Positions 37,129 to 50,735 are shown, numbered from the whole stretch's first letter. The stretch: 63,845 bases of DNA, filler included, from Octopus bimaculoides (GCF_001194135.2; 4 parts of 4 records of this genome joined end to end with filler, not necessarily neighbours in it), one strand, 5' to 3'. Notes: generated by a model not told the origin, from the sequence alone. Made by a program: numbers and translations.

Positions 37129-37789
37129 AGTGTGTGATTCGCTTGGCATCATGTGTGTCGTGAGTTGCGTGCTTGTGGTGAGATTCTGTAAATATGAAGG
37201 CTGTGTACGTGTAACTGTATGCGTGCTTAGGCCGTGGATCTGTGTATGGATAGAGAAAGTAGTGCCGTCTGTGTATGTGTAGGTGTGTCGGGTTCTATGT
37301 GCAATTTGTATCACACGACGTGTATGGTTGTGTTTCCTCTTTGATCATTCACTTGCTTCAGTCTTTGGACTTCGGCCATGCTGGGGCAATCAATGACTTG
37401 AAAGCCAGTTTGAAAGCAAGTTTCTCAACCACACAGCTTCGCCTGCACCACGTGTATATGTGCGCCACATGGGTGAAGTGATATGCGTGTTAAAGAAAAA
37501 GCGTTGTCGTTTCTGTGCCCATGAGGAATAGCTGAATGAAGAGTAAAATTGATCTCCGATTTAGAGAAAGTGTTCAATGAATAAATTGTCCACACGTTAC
37601 GTTCAAGAACCATAAGACTAAAAATGAGCTCAATATAGAGAGTAGAGTAATATTTTATATAGATAAATACTTCACAATTCTACAAATGTTTCTATTTTCT
37701 CAATGGTGCCTTTGATATATATACATACATACTTGATATCTAATCCTTATATACGGACACCTTATAGCCGGACACCGCTACTCTTCTTC

Positions 37790-38570
37790 ATTTGGTTAAG
37801 CACGACTCTCCCTCAACGCATCTCATTCGCGGTGCTTTTTATTATCAAGTCTCGGGAGTGGTCATAGGAACGAGAATGCGCCCCAACTATGCGAACCTGT
37901 TCGTCGGTTATGTTGAAGCCCAACTATTTTCCCAGTTCACTAGTCTTACTCCTGAACTCTATGGTCCTTATATGGACGAGTGTATCGGGGTGACCTTGCT
38001 CTCCCGCGAAAATCTCGACTCCTTCCTCTCCTTCATCCAGTACTTCCATCCTGCCCTTGAATTCTCCTTCAGTCTCCAACTTCTCAGTTGAATTTCTTGA
38101 CATTTCTGTTTGTATACACCACTTCGCTCTTACCACCTCCATTCACCACAAACGCTCCTATCTAAATTTCTCCTCCTCCCACCATACCCACATCGACTCA
38201 CCATCCCCAACTCCCAATCCAACGTATCATTCTTCGAGACTTCTGTCGATTCTAGTCAGACCCCTCCCCTTCCCACATCTTCCCTAACCCACACCTTCCC
38301 TCCTTCAAACAAGCCCATAATCTGCAGGACATTCTGGTCCGTAGTTTCTCCCCTACTCCTGACACCCAGCCTAACTCTTTCCCTAGTTCTCCCCCATGCT
38401 GTCGCACCTAACCCTACTTCTCCAACAACACTATCCTCACTGGCACCCACCCCTATCACACATCCAACTCCTTTACCTGCACCTCCAGCAATGATATCTT
38501 CTGCATCTCCTGTTCTCTCTGTCCTCCCTGTACATTGGTCAAACGGGATGCAACTAAAAGCTGGTATGTA
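37790..38570 (+). mobile_element. Penelope-like element remnant (Neptune-like RT and GIY-YIG start)
   Basis: YYQVSGVVIGTRMRPNYANLFVGYVE..PYMDECIG (YIDD-like)..FHPALEF; VEFLDISV..SYLNFSSSH; FTCTSSNDIFCISCSLC. Confidence 0.88.
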
Positions 38571-38666
38571 ATACAGAAACAAATGTGATCTACTATTAAA
38601 GCTTGATATCCTCTATCTTCGTGTTACGAGGTTTTATTCGAATTATACTTTACCCGAATTATACAT

Positions 38667-39200
38667 TTATGTATGTATGTATGTATGTATGTATGTATGT
38701 ATGTATGTATGTATGTATGTATGTATGCATGTATGTATGTTTGTATGTATGTATTTCTGTATATATGTATGCATGTATGTATATATGTTTGTATGTATAT
38801 ATGTATGCATGCATGTATGTATATATATATATATATATGTATGCATGTATGTATGTATGTTCGTATGTATGTATGTATGTATGCATGCATATATACATGT
38901 ATATATGTAGGTATGTAGGCATGTATGTATTTATATATGTATGCATGTTGGTATGTATGTATGTTTCCACGCATGCATGTATATATATATATAAATGTGT
39001 GTGTGTGTGTGTTTGTGTGCGCGTAACTAATCTATACATTTATATATACATATACGTGTGTGTATATCTATATCTGTATACATACAAAATCATCTATACA
39101 TACGTGTTTACATACATGCATTAATACATTCACACACACATACATACATACATACATACATACATACATACATACATACACACATACATACATACATTCG
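38667..39200. repeat. Degenerate (TATG)n/(CATA)n satellite
   Basis: Direct inspection. Confidence 0.9.
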
Positions 39201-39970
39201 TAAGTTTGCTTAATAAAATTTAATTGGTTTCCATATTCCTACGAACAACTGTCAGAAGAACAGCGAAATTCTATAGATTTCACATCATAAATGTCTTCCC
39301 TTTACACAAATATTGTACAAATGTACAAATGGATCGCGAAGAACGCTTAAATCGGTCAGCCTGCCTGCTAGAAATAATAACTAATTGCTTCTCTATTCAG
39401 ACGTTTTGATAAAAGCCCGAAGGATACAATTTATGATACTATCGAAGATAGATTGTGTCTAGTAGAAAAATCTTGAAACGCTTATTGCTAGAATTCCTGC
39501 GGAATTGTATCTACTTAATCAGTGCTGACTCAAAACATTACATCAAAAACAAAAACAACAGCAACAACAACAACAACAGCAGCAGCAGCACCAGCTGTAG
39601 CAACTCGGTTCTGAAATCTAATTTCTTCTCTTAGGCATTCCCATCAACTTCACAAATGACTGACATTTCAACTGTGAATGGCAACACTGTAGCCACAATA
39701 TCTGCCCACTCTTGTTTTAAGCCGCCGTTTCATGGCAGTTTTATGTGGCATGTTTCACAAATAATCTTTTATTTTCGAAGACCATAGAGATAAGTCCATG
39801 ATATATTAGTATTGCATATGCATGTACGTGCATATGTAAACTTAAATATGCATGTGTGTGTGTGTGTGTGTGGGTGTGTGTGCGCGCGTAAAATGAATAT
39901 ATATATATTACGATTCAGCCATGAAGACATGATGTGGTGTTTATCTTATCTCTTATATTTACACACACAA

Positions 39971-40039
<69 letters not shown>

Positions 40040-41579
40040 NNNNNNNNNNNNNNNNNNNNNNNNNNNNNNNNNNNNNNNNNNNNNNNNNNNNNNNNNNNNN
40101 NNNNNNNNNNNNNNNNNNNNNNNNNNNNNNNNNNNNNNNNNNNNNNNNNNNNNNNNNNNNNNNNNNNNNNNNNNNNNNNNNNNNNNNNNNNNNNNNNNNN
40201 NNNNNNNNNNNNNNNNNNNNNNNNNNNNNNNNNNNNNNNNNNNNNNNNNNNNNNNNNNNNNNNNNNNNNNNNNNNNNNNNNNNNNNNNNNNNNNNNNNNN
40301 NNNNNNNNNNNNNNNNNNNNNNNNNNNNNNNNNNNNNNNNNNNNNNNNNNNNNNNNNNNNNNNNNNNNNNNNNNNNNNNNNNNNNNNNNNNNNNNNNNNN
40401 NNNNNNNNNNNNNNNNNNNNNNNNNNNNNNNNNNNNNNNNNNNNNNNNNNNNNNNNNNNNNNNNNNNNNNNNNNNNNNNNNNNNNNNNNNNNNNNNNNNN
40501 NNNNNNNNNNNNNNNNNNNNNNNNNNNNNNNNNNNNNNNNNNNNNNNNNNNNNNNNNNNNNNNNNNNNNNNNNNNNNNNNNNNNNNNNNNNNNNNNNNNN
40601 NNNNNNNNNNNNNNNNNNNNNNNNNNNNNNNNNNNNNNNNNNNNNNNNNNNNNNNNNNNNNNNNNNNNNNNNNNNNNNNNNNNNNNNNNNNNNNNNNNNN
40701 NNNNNNNNNNNNNNNNNNNNNNNNNNNNNNNNNNNNNNNNNNNNNNNNNNNNNNNNNNNNNNNNNNNNNNNNNNNNNNNNNNNNNNNNNNNNNNNNNNNN
40801 NNNNNNNNNNNNNNNNNNNNNNNNNNNNNNNNNNNNNNNNNNNNNNNNNNNNNNNNNNNNNNNNNNNNNNNNNNNNNNNNNNNNNNNNNNNNNNNATATA
40901 TGGTGGTGATGATGATGATGATGATGAATGTAGCCTTGTATGTATGTAGCTGTGTTGATACCTCTGCGGTTGTCTATAATTGTAGATCTATACTATAGTT
41001 CTTTCATGTCTTCTAAAAGGTCCCTATCTTCTTTACGGCTTCACTAAATTTGGTATTTATAACTGTTAAAGCCCACAAGCACCGCTGTAATGCTGTAGCG
41101 TGAATAATCGACAGAAACGTTATCAAGACAGATGTCCGTTATTTTAATATTCTTAATCCTCTAACTACAGTATCTCTGTTCGGACTCTTTAATTCTGCAT
41201 TTTCTTATAATTTTTTTTTATTATTTCTGCCATTTTTTTTCTTTCTTTATTGTAATATGCCTCCGTTTTATTTTTCTTTGCCTTCTTTCTTTTTCATAAT
41301 CTTTCATTTATTTTCGTTGTGTTTCCCTTCAATTTTCATCCTGGAAAAGAACCAGTATGAATTTTGAATTCATATATCAAAAATCCCTGCTAATGTGATT
41401 CGTGCTTGCCTATAATTACTGTTATTAATATAATTGTTATGAGTTATTGAAGCAGCCATATGAATGAGTGTGTTTGAAATATAGTTGATATTGTTTTCCG
41501 TTGTTCTTTTAAATATGTACGCACACAAACGCTTATACTTACATACATACGAACACATATACACACACATATATGCATA

Positions 41580-41594
41580 TAGACATAGATGGAC

Positions 41595-41661
<67 letters not shown>

Positions 41662-41845
41662 CGGACGGACAGAGAGACAGACAGTCAGACAGACAGACAG
41701 GCAGATAGGTAGATAGACAGATAGACAGACGGACGGACAGAGAGACAGACAGACACATAGATAGATAGATACATACATACATACATACATAGACAAGCAG
41801 ACAGACTGACGGACGAACAGAGAGACAGACAGACAGACAAATATA
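41580..41845. repeat. (GATA)n/(GACA)n compound microsatellite
   Basis: Direct inspection. A similar tract lies at 51197-51488. Confidence 0.9.
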
Positions 41846-42301
41846 TATATATATATATANNNNNNNNNNNNNNNNNNNNNNNNNNNNNNNNNNNNNNNNN
41901 NNNNNNNNNNNNNNNNNNNNNNNNNNNNNNNNNNNNNNNNNNNNNNNNNNNNNNNNNNNNNNNNNNNNNNNNNNNNNNNNNNNNNNNNNNNNNNNNNNNN
42001 NNNNNNNNNNNNNNNNNNNNNNNNNNNNNNNNNNNNNNNNNNNNNNNNNNNNNNNNNNNNNNNNNNNNNNNNNNNNNNNNNNNNNNNNNNNNNNNNNNNN
42101 NNNNNNNNNNNNNNNNNNNNNNNNNNNNNNNNNNNNNNNNNNNNNNNNNNNNNNNNNNNNNNNNNNNNNTTATTGCCTACCCGTTGCTTCTGGAATCTCC
42201 TCATTTGACAAAAATACCTTCGCCGCTGCCAGAGGGTCTCACTGAGTACTAACTATCGGCGTACGACGGCGTTGTCGCTAAAACAATATACGATAAGAGT
42301 G

Positions 42302-42545
42302 AAGGCAGCGGGCTGGCAGAATCATTAGCACGCCGGGCAATATGTTTAGTGGCATTTCGTCCGTCTCTACGTTCTGAGTTCAAATTCTGCCGAGGTTGAC
42401 TTTGCCTTTCATCTTCTTTTTTTTTTTTTTGGGTAGGGGACGATAAAATCAGTACCAGTTGAGTACTGGGGTCGATTTAATCGACTTTGTCGACTTGGCC
42501 CATCTCCCCCACAAACTACTGACCTTGTACCAAACTTTGAAACCA
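42302..42545 (+). mobile_element. SINE family A (tail-2 type)
   Basis: GGCAGCGGGCTGGCAGAATCATTAGC..GAGTTCAAATTC..GACTTTGCCTTTCATC..GTACTGGGGTCGAT. Confidence 0.85.
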
Positions 42546-42692
42546 ATATACAATACTATCCGAAAATAAGTCTCTTCTGGGGAAAATACAGAGAATCTAC
42601 CTGTTTTAGAATACATGCATAAACATCAACATAAGGAATATTGATGGAACATTCCCATTAAACCCTGCCGAATGCAAACATAACAGGCCAGA

Positions 42693-42978
42693 TACGATCA
42701 ACGGAACAGCTTGCTCGTGAAATTAACGTGCAAGTGGCTGAGCACTCCACAGACACATATACCCTTAACGTAGTTCTCAGGGAGATTCAATGTGACACCT
42801 AGGGTGTCAAAGCCGGCCCTTTGAAATACAGATACTACTCATTTTTGCCAGCTGAGTTGGTTGGAGCAACGTGAAATAAAGCGTCTTGCTCAAGGACAAA
42901 ACGCGTCGCCGGGAATTGAACCCACTACCTTACGATCGTGAGCCGAATGCCTTAACCATTAAGCTAGGCGCCTTCACG
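42693..42978 (-). mobile_element. SINE family C
   Basis: Minus-strand head GAAGGCGCC..GGGTTCAATTCCCGG, core GTCCTTGAGCAAGACGCTTTATTTCACGTTGCTCC, tail ..GCACGTTAATTTCACGAGC. Confidence 0.88.
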
Positions 42979-43409
42979 CCTTCACAGATTTATTTGTTTG
43001 AAGACAGACAAGAAAAAGTATGTACCACATAGATGCGAATATCTCTTCGAAAATCGAAGAGAAAAAGGAAAACGACAAATAACTGCTTCGAAAGCTTCAG
43101 CTTCTCCAGCCAGATTATAAATTCACATTTATACTAATACCCGATAATAATCTATGCATTCGGTCTTGTGAGTAAATGCCTAAGTAACAATCTGAAAACG
43201 CTAGGCTTCTCAGAAAACGAAACCAACAAGCTAACACACACATAACAAATACAGTCTGTAAGTGGAACAATAAAAATATGCAAGATTTTTGCTCAAGTCC
43301 AATACGTGACATTAATTTCGTTAATTACATTACAGCGATGGAGCCTTGTGTCGTTGTTAGAAACGAGCTCCTTCCTCGGAGGAAGACATCAAAAGATTAA
43401 AAGCAGACG

Positions 43410-43865
43410 GGAACATGCATACATACATATATACATACATACATACATACATACATACATACATACATACATACATAATGCGTACATAAATACAAACATA
43501 TGTACATGCATAAATACATGCATACATAAATACGTACAGACATGTATACATGCATACATACATGCATACATATGTACAAACATTCATAATGCATACACAC
43601 ATACATACATGCCTGCATGTATACATACATACATGCATACGTACATATAAACACACATACATAAATGCGTACAGACATAATACGTACATAAATATAAACA
43701 TATATACATGCATAAATACATGTATACATGCATGCATACATATGTACAAACATGCATAATGCATACACACATACATGCCTGCATGCATACATTCATACAT
43801 GCATATATGCATGTATACATATATGCATGTATACATACATACATACATATATATACACACATATG
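43410..43865. repeat. (CATA)n-derived satellite with an approximately 200-bp higher-order duplication
   Basis: ATAAT.CGTACATAAATA.AAACATA..CATAATGCATACACACATAC..GCCTGCATG occurs at about 43475 and 43677. Confidence 0.8.
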
Positions 43866-44540
43866 CATGTCATGTGACAAGCAACAGCGTTCGTCTAATG
43901 GTTTCCATTAGCTTCTTTATTTTTCTCTCCACCGGAATAAATGAAGTCAACATCCAGGAATACTTTATTTTCCCCTCAGTGCCTTGAAATCCCAGAATTA
44001 TATCCGTTATCAACAAGAGGTCACTGACTTGAATTTATTGACCAAGTGAGGCATGAAGCAGAAAATTATCTTTTACAAAAATAAAAAAAATAATTATAAA
44101 ACTAAAACTAATAATACACGAGTCTGTCACCAAGGGAGATTTTTAGCTAAAAGATAACGAAATTATTTTTAAAATGGCCGGGATAAATGTTGGAAGAACA
44201 TTATATTTGAAATTCATATCGAATTATATCTATTTTTGTGTTATTGCAATATAAGTTCTTGTTTTAAGAAGTAAAAAAAAAAGTTAAGCTATTAAATTCG
44301 TCTTACATTAATTCCACTGTAACATCTACGTTTATGAATATTCGTTCTTTGATCGGAGTCATCGGTCCATCAGTATTTCACTTGGCTGTGAGTTCGAGTT
44401 TTTTCGCTTTATACATCCGTTCTGGTGTGTTAAGCAAAGTGAAGTAGCGACTCTGTGAATAATCACCGGATTCGAACGACTGAATTAATTATATTACATG
44501 TAATTAGGTGGATATTTTTTGAGGCAACGGGAAATGTACT

Positions 44541-44609
<69 letters not shown>

Positions 44610-47036
44610 TTATAGACCGACCGATCGATCGATCTACCTGAATATATATATCTACTGCATATGTAGGAAATTCTGTCTGTGGAGTTGTTGGCTAACTCCA
44701 CCTACATCGTTTTATCGATTTTGATGAAACTTGACACGTGAGTAGAACTCATGTCTGAAAACCTCATGTCATACTCAGATTGTTAAAAAAAACAATAATA
44801 GGGCCCCTGGAAAGAATCTTTATATATAACTAATATATTTTATTTTAAAACCCTAGGGAAATAACCTATTCATCCCTGGAAGGGATCCTTATATATAGCC
44901 AAGGGAAATAACCCATTCATTTTCCTAAATTATTTGATAAAAATGAAATTGAGTATGCTTATTTCNNNNNNNNNNTTCCTAAATTATTTGATAAAAATGA
45001 AATTGAGTATGCTTATTTCTTTGTATTTGAACTGTTAGAGTTATTTTCGCAATTTATCCAGTACAACAAGTAAATGGTATTTTCCTAAACAATAGATGCA
45101 CTTATTTCGGTTAGTGATTTATTCACGAATATATCAACACAAGCGCCCCTGAGGGTAATATTCTCTGGGAGCGCACAAAAGCCCTTTTCAAAGTTATTTA
45201 CTTTGAATTGTTATTATTTCATATCTGATTAGCCTGTTATTACGTAACATGCTTCACGATTTTAGNNNNNNNNNNTATATATATATATATATATATATAT
45301 ACACAAAATATATGTCTATATATATGTATATGTATGTATTTATGTATATATATGTACTTATATATATGCATGTATATATGTATACAAATATATATATATA
45401 CATATACATACATATACATATATATATACATATATATACCTATATATATATAAATATATAGACATATATACATACATATGTATATTCATACACACACACA
45501 AACACACATATATAGATCTATCACCCAGTCTTGGAATCGAAACCACAATCTTATGATCATGTCAGCGACACTCTTGCCACCAGGCCATGCACTTCCACAT
45601 ATAAATATACACACGCGCACACACACATGCACTTCCCCACACACACATTTGTGTATTCAAACATATATACGTATACCCACATATACTTATGTATGTATAC
45701 ATATATTAACACACATACAGAAACTGCATTTCATTTTTTTTTCTATTCCGTCCGTGTAGCGCAAGGGGCGATGCAACAATCTGCGAGAGAATCACATCTC
45801 CAATGTAATATTTTTCAAATGACTTTTAGCATGAATTTATGGCAAGGAATGAATCTTGTCAATCAGATTTTTATTTGGATTACAAGTGACCAATTTTGAC
45901 AAAAATCATCTTCAAACTAGTAATGACAGAAGATAGAAGAAATGGTTATGATGGCGGGGAAAGTAAAAACAATATATATATNNNNNNNNNNNNNNNNNNN
46001 NNNNNNNNNNNNNNNNNNNNNNNNNNNNNNNNNNNNNNNNNNNNNNNNNNNNNNNNNNNNNNNNNNNNNNNNNNNNNNNNNNNNNNNNNNNNNNNNNNNN
46101 NNNNNNNNNNNNNNNNNNNNNNNNNNNNNNNNNNNNNNNNNNNNNNNNNNNNNNNNNNNNNNNNNNNNNNNNNNNNNNNNNNNNNNNNNNNNNNNNNNNN
46201 NNNNNNNNNNNNNNNNNNNNNNNNNNNNNNNNNNNNNNNNNNNNNNNNNNNNNNNNNNNNNNNNNNNNNNNNNNNNNNNNNNNNNNNNNNNNNNNNNNNN
46301 NNNNNNNNNNNNNNNNNNNNNNNNNNNNNNNNNNNNNNNNNNNNNNNNNNNNNNNNNNNNNNNNNNNNNNNNNNNNNNNNNNNNNNNNNNNNNNNNNNNN
46401 NNNNNNNNNNNNNNNNNNNNNNNNNNNNNNNNNNNNNNNNNNNNNNNNNNNNNNNNNNNNNNNNNNNNNNNNNNNNNNNNNNNNNNNNNNNNNNNNNNNN
46501 NNNNNNNNNNNNNNNNNNNNNNNNNNNNNNNNNNNNNNNNNNNNNNNNNNNNNNNNNNNNNNNNNNNNNNNNNNNNNNNNNNNNNNNNNNNNNNNNNNNN
46601 NNNNNNNNNNNNNNNNNNNNNNNNNNNNNNNNNNNNNNNNNNNNNNNNNNNNNNNNNNNNNNNNNNNNNNNNNNNNNNNNNNNNNNNNNNNNNNNNNNNN
46701 NNNNNNNNNNNNNNNNNNNNNNNNNNNNNNNNNNNNNNNNNNNNNNNATATATATAGAATTCACGAAAAAACAACAGACGAAGACAGGTGGTGTAAACAA
46801 TAAATGGTTGTATTAGTATAACACTCGGGAATAGAGAAAGTCTTCTATAAAAACGGGACACAGAACGAAATAAGGAGGGAAACAAGGAGAGAAAAAAAGA
46901 AGAGAAAAAAGAGAGAAAAGATGGAGAGAAATATATATATATATATCTATATATACGTAGGTACTGTAAGTTTAGAGGGAATACTTGATAAGTGTAAGCA
47001 CCTGTATATGCCAGATAGTGGCAGAGGTGAGAGAAT

Positions 47037-47342
47037 ATATCAAATATAAATTAAAAACAGAACACAAAGGATATCGCGGTACACGTGTTTCAAGCGAACC
47101 TTTATACAAATATACCTTTTCAAAGGGATGTGATAAACCTATTATAATGGGTAATACTACGTGTACTTTTTCTTTTGTGATGCAATCTTTGGACTAACAA
47201 TGTTTGCGGCTGAGGAGAGCTTTACACGATCTTTTATATCAATGATATACCTATGCTGATGTAATAACAGATTGTTTATAAAGCTTGAAACACGTGTACC
47301 CCGATATCCTTTGTGTTCTGTTTTTAATTTATGTTTGATATA
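47037..47342. repeat. Inverted repeat pair (47037-47095 and 47283-47342) carrying a hammerhead
   Basis: ATATCAAATATAAATTAAAAACAGAACACAAAGGATATCGCGGTACACGTGTTTCAAGC is the reverse complement of GCTTGAAACACGTGTACCCCGATATCCTTTGTGTTCTGTTTTTAATTTATGTTTGATAT with 2 differences. Confidence 0.92.
47206..47302 (+). ncRNA. Type-I hammerhead ribozyme motif, long helix II
   Basis: GCGG-CTGAGGA-GAGCTTTA...TAAAGCTT-GAAAC-ACGT-GTA-CCCC. Helix III is palindromic (ACACGTGT). The inverted arm has CCGC, a perfect partner for GCGG. Confidence 0.82.
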
Positions 47343-47568
47343 NNNNNNNNNNNNNNNNNNNNNNNNNNNNNNNNNNNNNNNNNNNNNNNNNNNNNNNNNN
47401 NNNNNNNNNNNNNNNNNNNNNNNNNNNNNNNNNNNNNNNNNNNNNNNNNNNNNNNNNNNNNNNNNNNNNNNNNNNNNNNNNNNNNNNNNNNNNNNNNNNN
47501 NNNNNNNNNNNNNNNNNNNNNNNNNNNNNNNNNNNNNNNNNNNNNNNNNNNNNNNNNNNNNNNNNNNN

Positions 47569-47603
<35 letters not shown>

Positions 47604-47621
47604 CTAAATAGATAGATAGAT

Positions 47622-47654
<33 letters not shown>

Positions 47655-47857
47655 CATATTTATATATATATTTGTATATACACATAAGCACATTCATACA
47701 GATATATATGTATATATAGTCTTACACACACACACACATATATATATATATAAGTGTGTGTGTGTCTTTGCATTCGGTTCAGTCATCACACATCATTACA
47801 TTCCCATAACTTGATGGTCCGGCAAAAGTGTACCAAGCTTTAAAAACTAAGTATTGG

Positions 47858-47902
<45 letters not shown>

Positions 47903-48108
47903 AACTGAAGGAAAAAAGTCCTTCAAAACGGTGTGTTAAACATTCAATTCACTGCCACTTCCGTTGGATACTATATACATATTGGTATTAATTAATTATA
48001 AAGATAAATTATATAGAGAGATATTCGATTGACAATCCAAGAATTTATTTATATACAATATTACATTAAATACTATGAATATGATATATAACATAACATA
48101 ATATTTTA

Positions 48109-48336
48109 TTGAGTTGTCCGGAAAGTTCGTGCCAATTTTTAACGGAAAGAAAAAAGTCAATAAATACTTGCCATTACATTTTTTATCAACCAAATATGAA
48201 CCATTTTGTTGCACAATGCGTCTCCATCTTTCCTTTAACTTGAAAATACCCTCTTCCCTGAATTGAGGTGGTTTCATGGCAAATAAGTCAAAAGGTAAGC
48301 TACTATAAATCGGCACGAACTTTCCGGACAACCCAA
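48109..48336 (-). mobile_element. Mariner internal-deletion derivative (MITE-like, 228 bp)
   Basis: TIRs TTGAGTTGTCCGGAAAGTTCGTGCC / GGCACGAACTTTCCGGACAACCCAA with TA flanks. The minus strand encodes FREEGIFKLKERWRRIVQQNGSY (mariner C-terminus). Confidence 0.93.
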
Positions 48337-48727
48337 TATAAATAATTATAAAAAGCCAAAAGAAGCCAACAAATTGTTTCGACCTATATATATTTTTTCT
48401 GATATACATAATTAGAGTTCCTTTATATATATATATATATATATATATAGTCACTTCATGAATATACAGACACAGACACAGACACAGACACACAAAGACA
48501 CACACACACACGCTTCTATATGCGTATGTGTGTTAATCTTTCTTGGTTGCCTTGCTATTTGTCCGGCTATCGTTCTATGTGTCTATAAATCCGTCTATTT
48601 ATTTATTTGGCTTGCTAGTTGTTTATTCATTTATTTACATGGCTATATATTTATATATCGACTTATCTACAAATATACGTGCTCATACATTTGTATTTTG
48701 ATGTCTATCGGCTGTATGTTGATCTAC

Positions 48728-48762
<35 letters not shown>

Positions 48763-49124
48763 ACATACTATAAGTTCATTTCTTTTTGTTTGTGTTTATG
48801 CTTCTAAGTATGGGTTATAAGCATATGTCTCTGCCGATATAGCTAATCCTGTGTCTATGCAACCGTACGCTGAATTCTGATGTTCTTCTAAAACAATATT
48901 AGTCTTCTGTTCGGTGAATATACAGTATTAGTATTGCATCATATTGATGTCTAATATCCCATGTGTAGAATACATTTACAACGATCTATGTTAGATTCAG
49001 TTTGATCGTTTACTGCGCCGTATATGTATGCTTCAGAAAAAACACACACACACATACAGACATACAGACACATATACAGACACACATACACACACATACA
49101 CACAGATACAAACACACAAAAATG

Positions 49125-49940
49125 GTCTCACGAGGCCAAGAACATGATCTTTGCTTCAAGAAAAATGTCTGGAACAAAATAAAGACCTCTATAATGTATT
49201 CATCGACCTAACCAAGGTCTCTGACAACGTAAGCAGAAAATAATGAAGAAATTTGGTTGACCAGAGAAGGTCATTAACATGATGCTGCTATTTCACGATG
49301 GCATTATCACAAGCTCGTATCTTGAATGATGAAGAACCTTTCGGCGCCTTTCCCTGTAAACAATGGCGTGAAACAAGGTTGCGTTGTAGCATCCATGCTC
49401 TTCGTTGACGTTTGATGTTTAGTGCAATGCTTCACGATACATTTTCCCACGAAACATCTGGCATCCAGATCAGATATGACGGTAGTCTTTTTTATCATCA
49501 GCCGCCTGAAAGCAAAGCACAAAACCGTGGACACTACCATAAAGGAGTTCCTTTTTCCGGACGATTGTGCTCTGAGCGCAAACCCTGAAACAGAGCTTAG
49601 ACAACTTTGCTTCAGTTGGCGATAACTTCGATTTCGTAATCAGTATCAAAAGCTCTCGGAAAAAAGAAACCTTAGATGAAACACTCTTCACAGTCAACAA
49701 TCAACTTCAAGTTCTAAAGAGTTTCACAAACTTTTGGAATTACACTGTCCAGGATATTGATGATTAACTGAACACAAGGATAGAAAAATCCATCTCTGCC
49801 TTTGGACGTCTTCATGACAAGGGTTGGGAAAGATCATCACAAGGTTTGGAAAAGGTCTGAATATACAAAAAACAGCTTTACTTTACGAAGCTGTCATGGC
49901 GATTACGATGCTTCTTCATGGTCATAAAACTTGGACAGTT
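49125..49940 (+). mobile_element. RTE-clade LINE reverse transcriptase remnant
   Basis: Across frames: MIFA..EQNKDLYNVFIDLTK; FPVNNGVKQGCV; KEFLFPDDCAL; TVNNQ; AFGRLHDKGW. Confidence 0.85.
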
Positions 49941-49967
49941 TGCATAAAGTGTCTTTTATTTTTTTTA

Positions 49968-50134
49968 TCTGTTACTTGTTTCAGTCATTAGACTGCGGCC
50001 ATGCTGGTGCACCGCATTGAGGAATTTTAGTCGAATGAATTGACTCACGTACTTGTTTTGTTTTTAAAGCCTGGTACTTATTTAGTCGTTTTTTTTTTTT
50101 TTTTACAAATCACTATGTTAAGAGGACGTAAACA
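49968..50134 (-). mobile_element. SINE family B, 3' part
   Basis: TTACTTGTTTCAGTCATTAGACTGCGGCCATGCTGG..GGACGTAAACA. Confidence 0.8.
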
Positions 50135-50159
50135 ATATAGAAGCTTCTATATTGTTTAC
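50128..50159. repeat. Perfect 32-bp palindrome at SINE-B/SINE-A junction
   Basis: GTAAACAATATAGAAG|CTTCTATATTGTTTAC. Confidence 0.95.
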
Positions 50160-50383
50160 TGCCCACAAAGGGCTAAACACAGAGGGGACAAACAAGGACA
50201 GACATAGGGATTAAGTCGATTACATCGGCCCCCCACTGTACAACTGGTACTTATTTTATCGACCCCGAAAGGATGAAAGGCAAAGTCGACCTCGGCGGAG
50301 TTTGAACTCAGAACGTAAAAACAGACGAAATACCGCTAAGCATTTCGCCCGGCATGCTAACGATTCTGCCAGCTCGCCGCCTT
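50150..50383 (-). mobile_element. SINE family A, full length
   Basis: Same head, core and tail as 15134-15363. Confidence 0.93.
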
Positions 50384-50735
50384 ACTCAGNNNNNNNNNNN
50401 NNNNNNNNNNNNNNNNNNNNNNNNNNNNNNNNNNNNNNNNNNNNNNNNNNNNNNNNNNNNNNNNNNNNNNNNNNNNNNNNNNNNNNNNNNNNNNNNNNNN
50501 NNNNNNNNNNNNNNNNNNNNNNNNNNNNNNNNNNNNNNNNNNNNNNNNNNNNNNNNNNNNNNNNNNNNNNNNNNNNNNNNNNNNNNNNNNNNNNNNNNNN
50601 NNNNNNNNNNNNNNNNNNNNNNNNNNNNNNNNNNNNNNNNNNNNNNNNNNNNNNNNNNNNNNNNNNNNNNNNNNNNNNNNNNNNNNNNNNNNNNNNNNNN
50701 NNNNNNNNNNNNNNNNNNNNNNNNNNNNNNNNNNN

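Noticed and set aside
39421-39512. GAAACGCTTA..CTAGAAT motif resembling the family-D HHR half
   Set aside because: The core and triplet are too decayed to support an HHR call. It is only a hint.
44660-45200. Possible Helentron/DINE-like non-autonomous element (CGATTTTGATGAAACTTG, 3' hairpin GCGCCCC..GGGAGCGC)
   Set aside because: The resemblance is from memory only, and termini and subterminal repeats cannot be defined across the gap.
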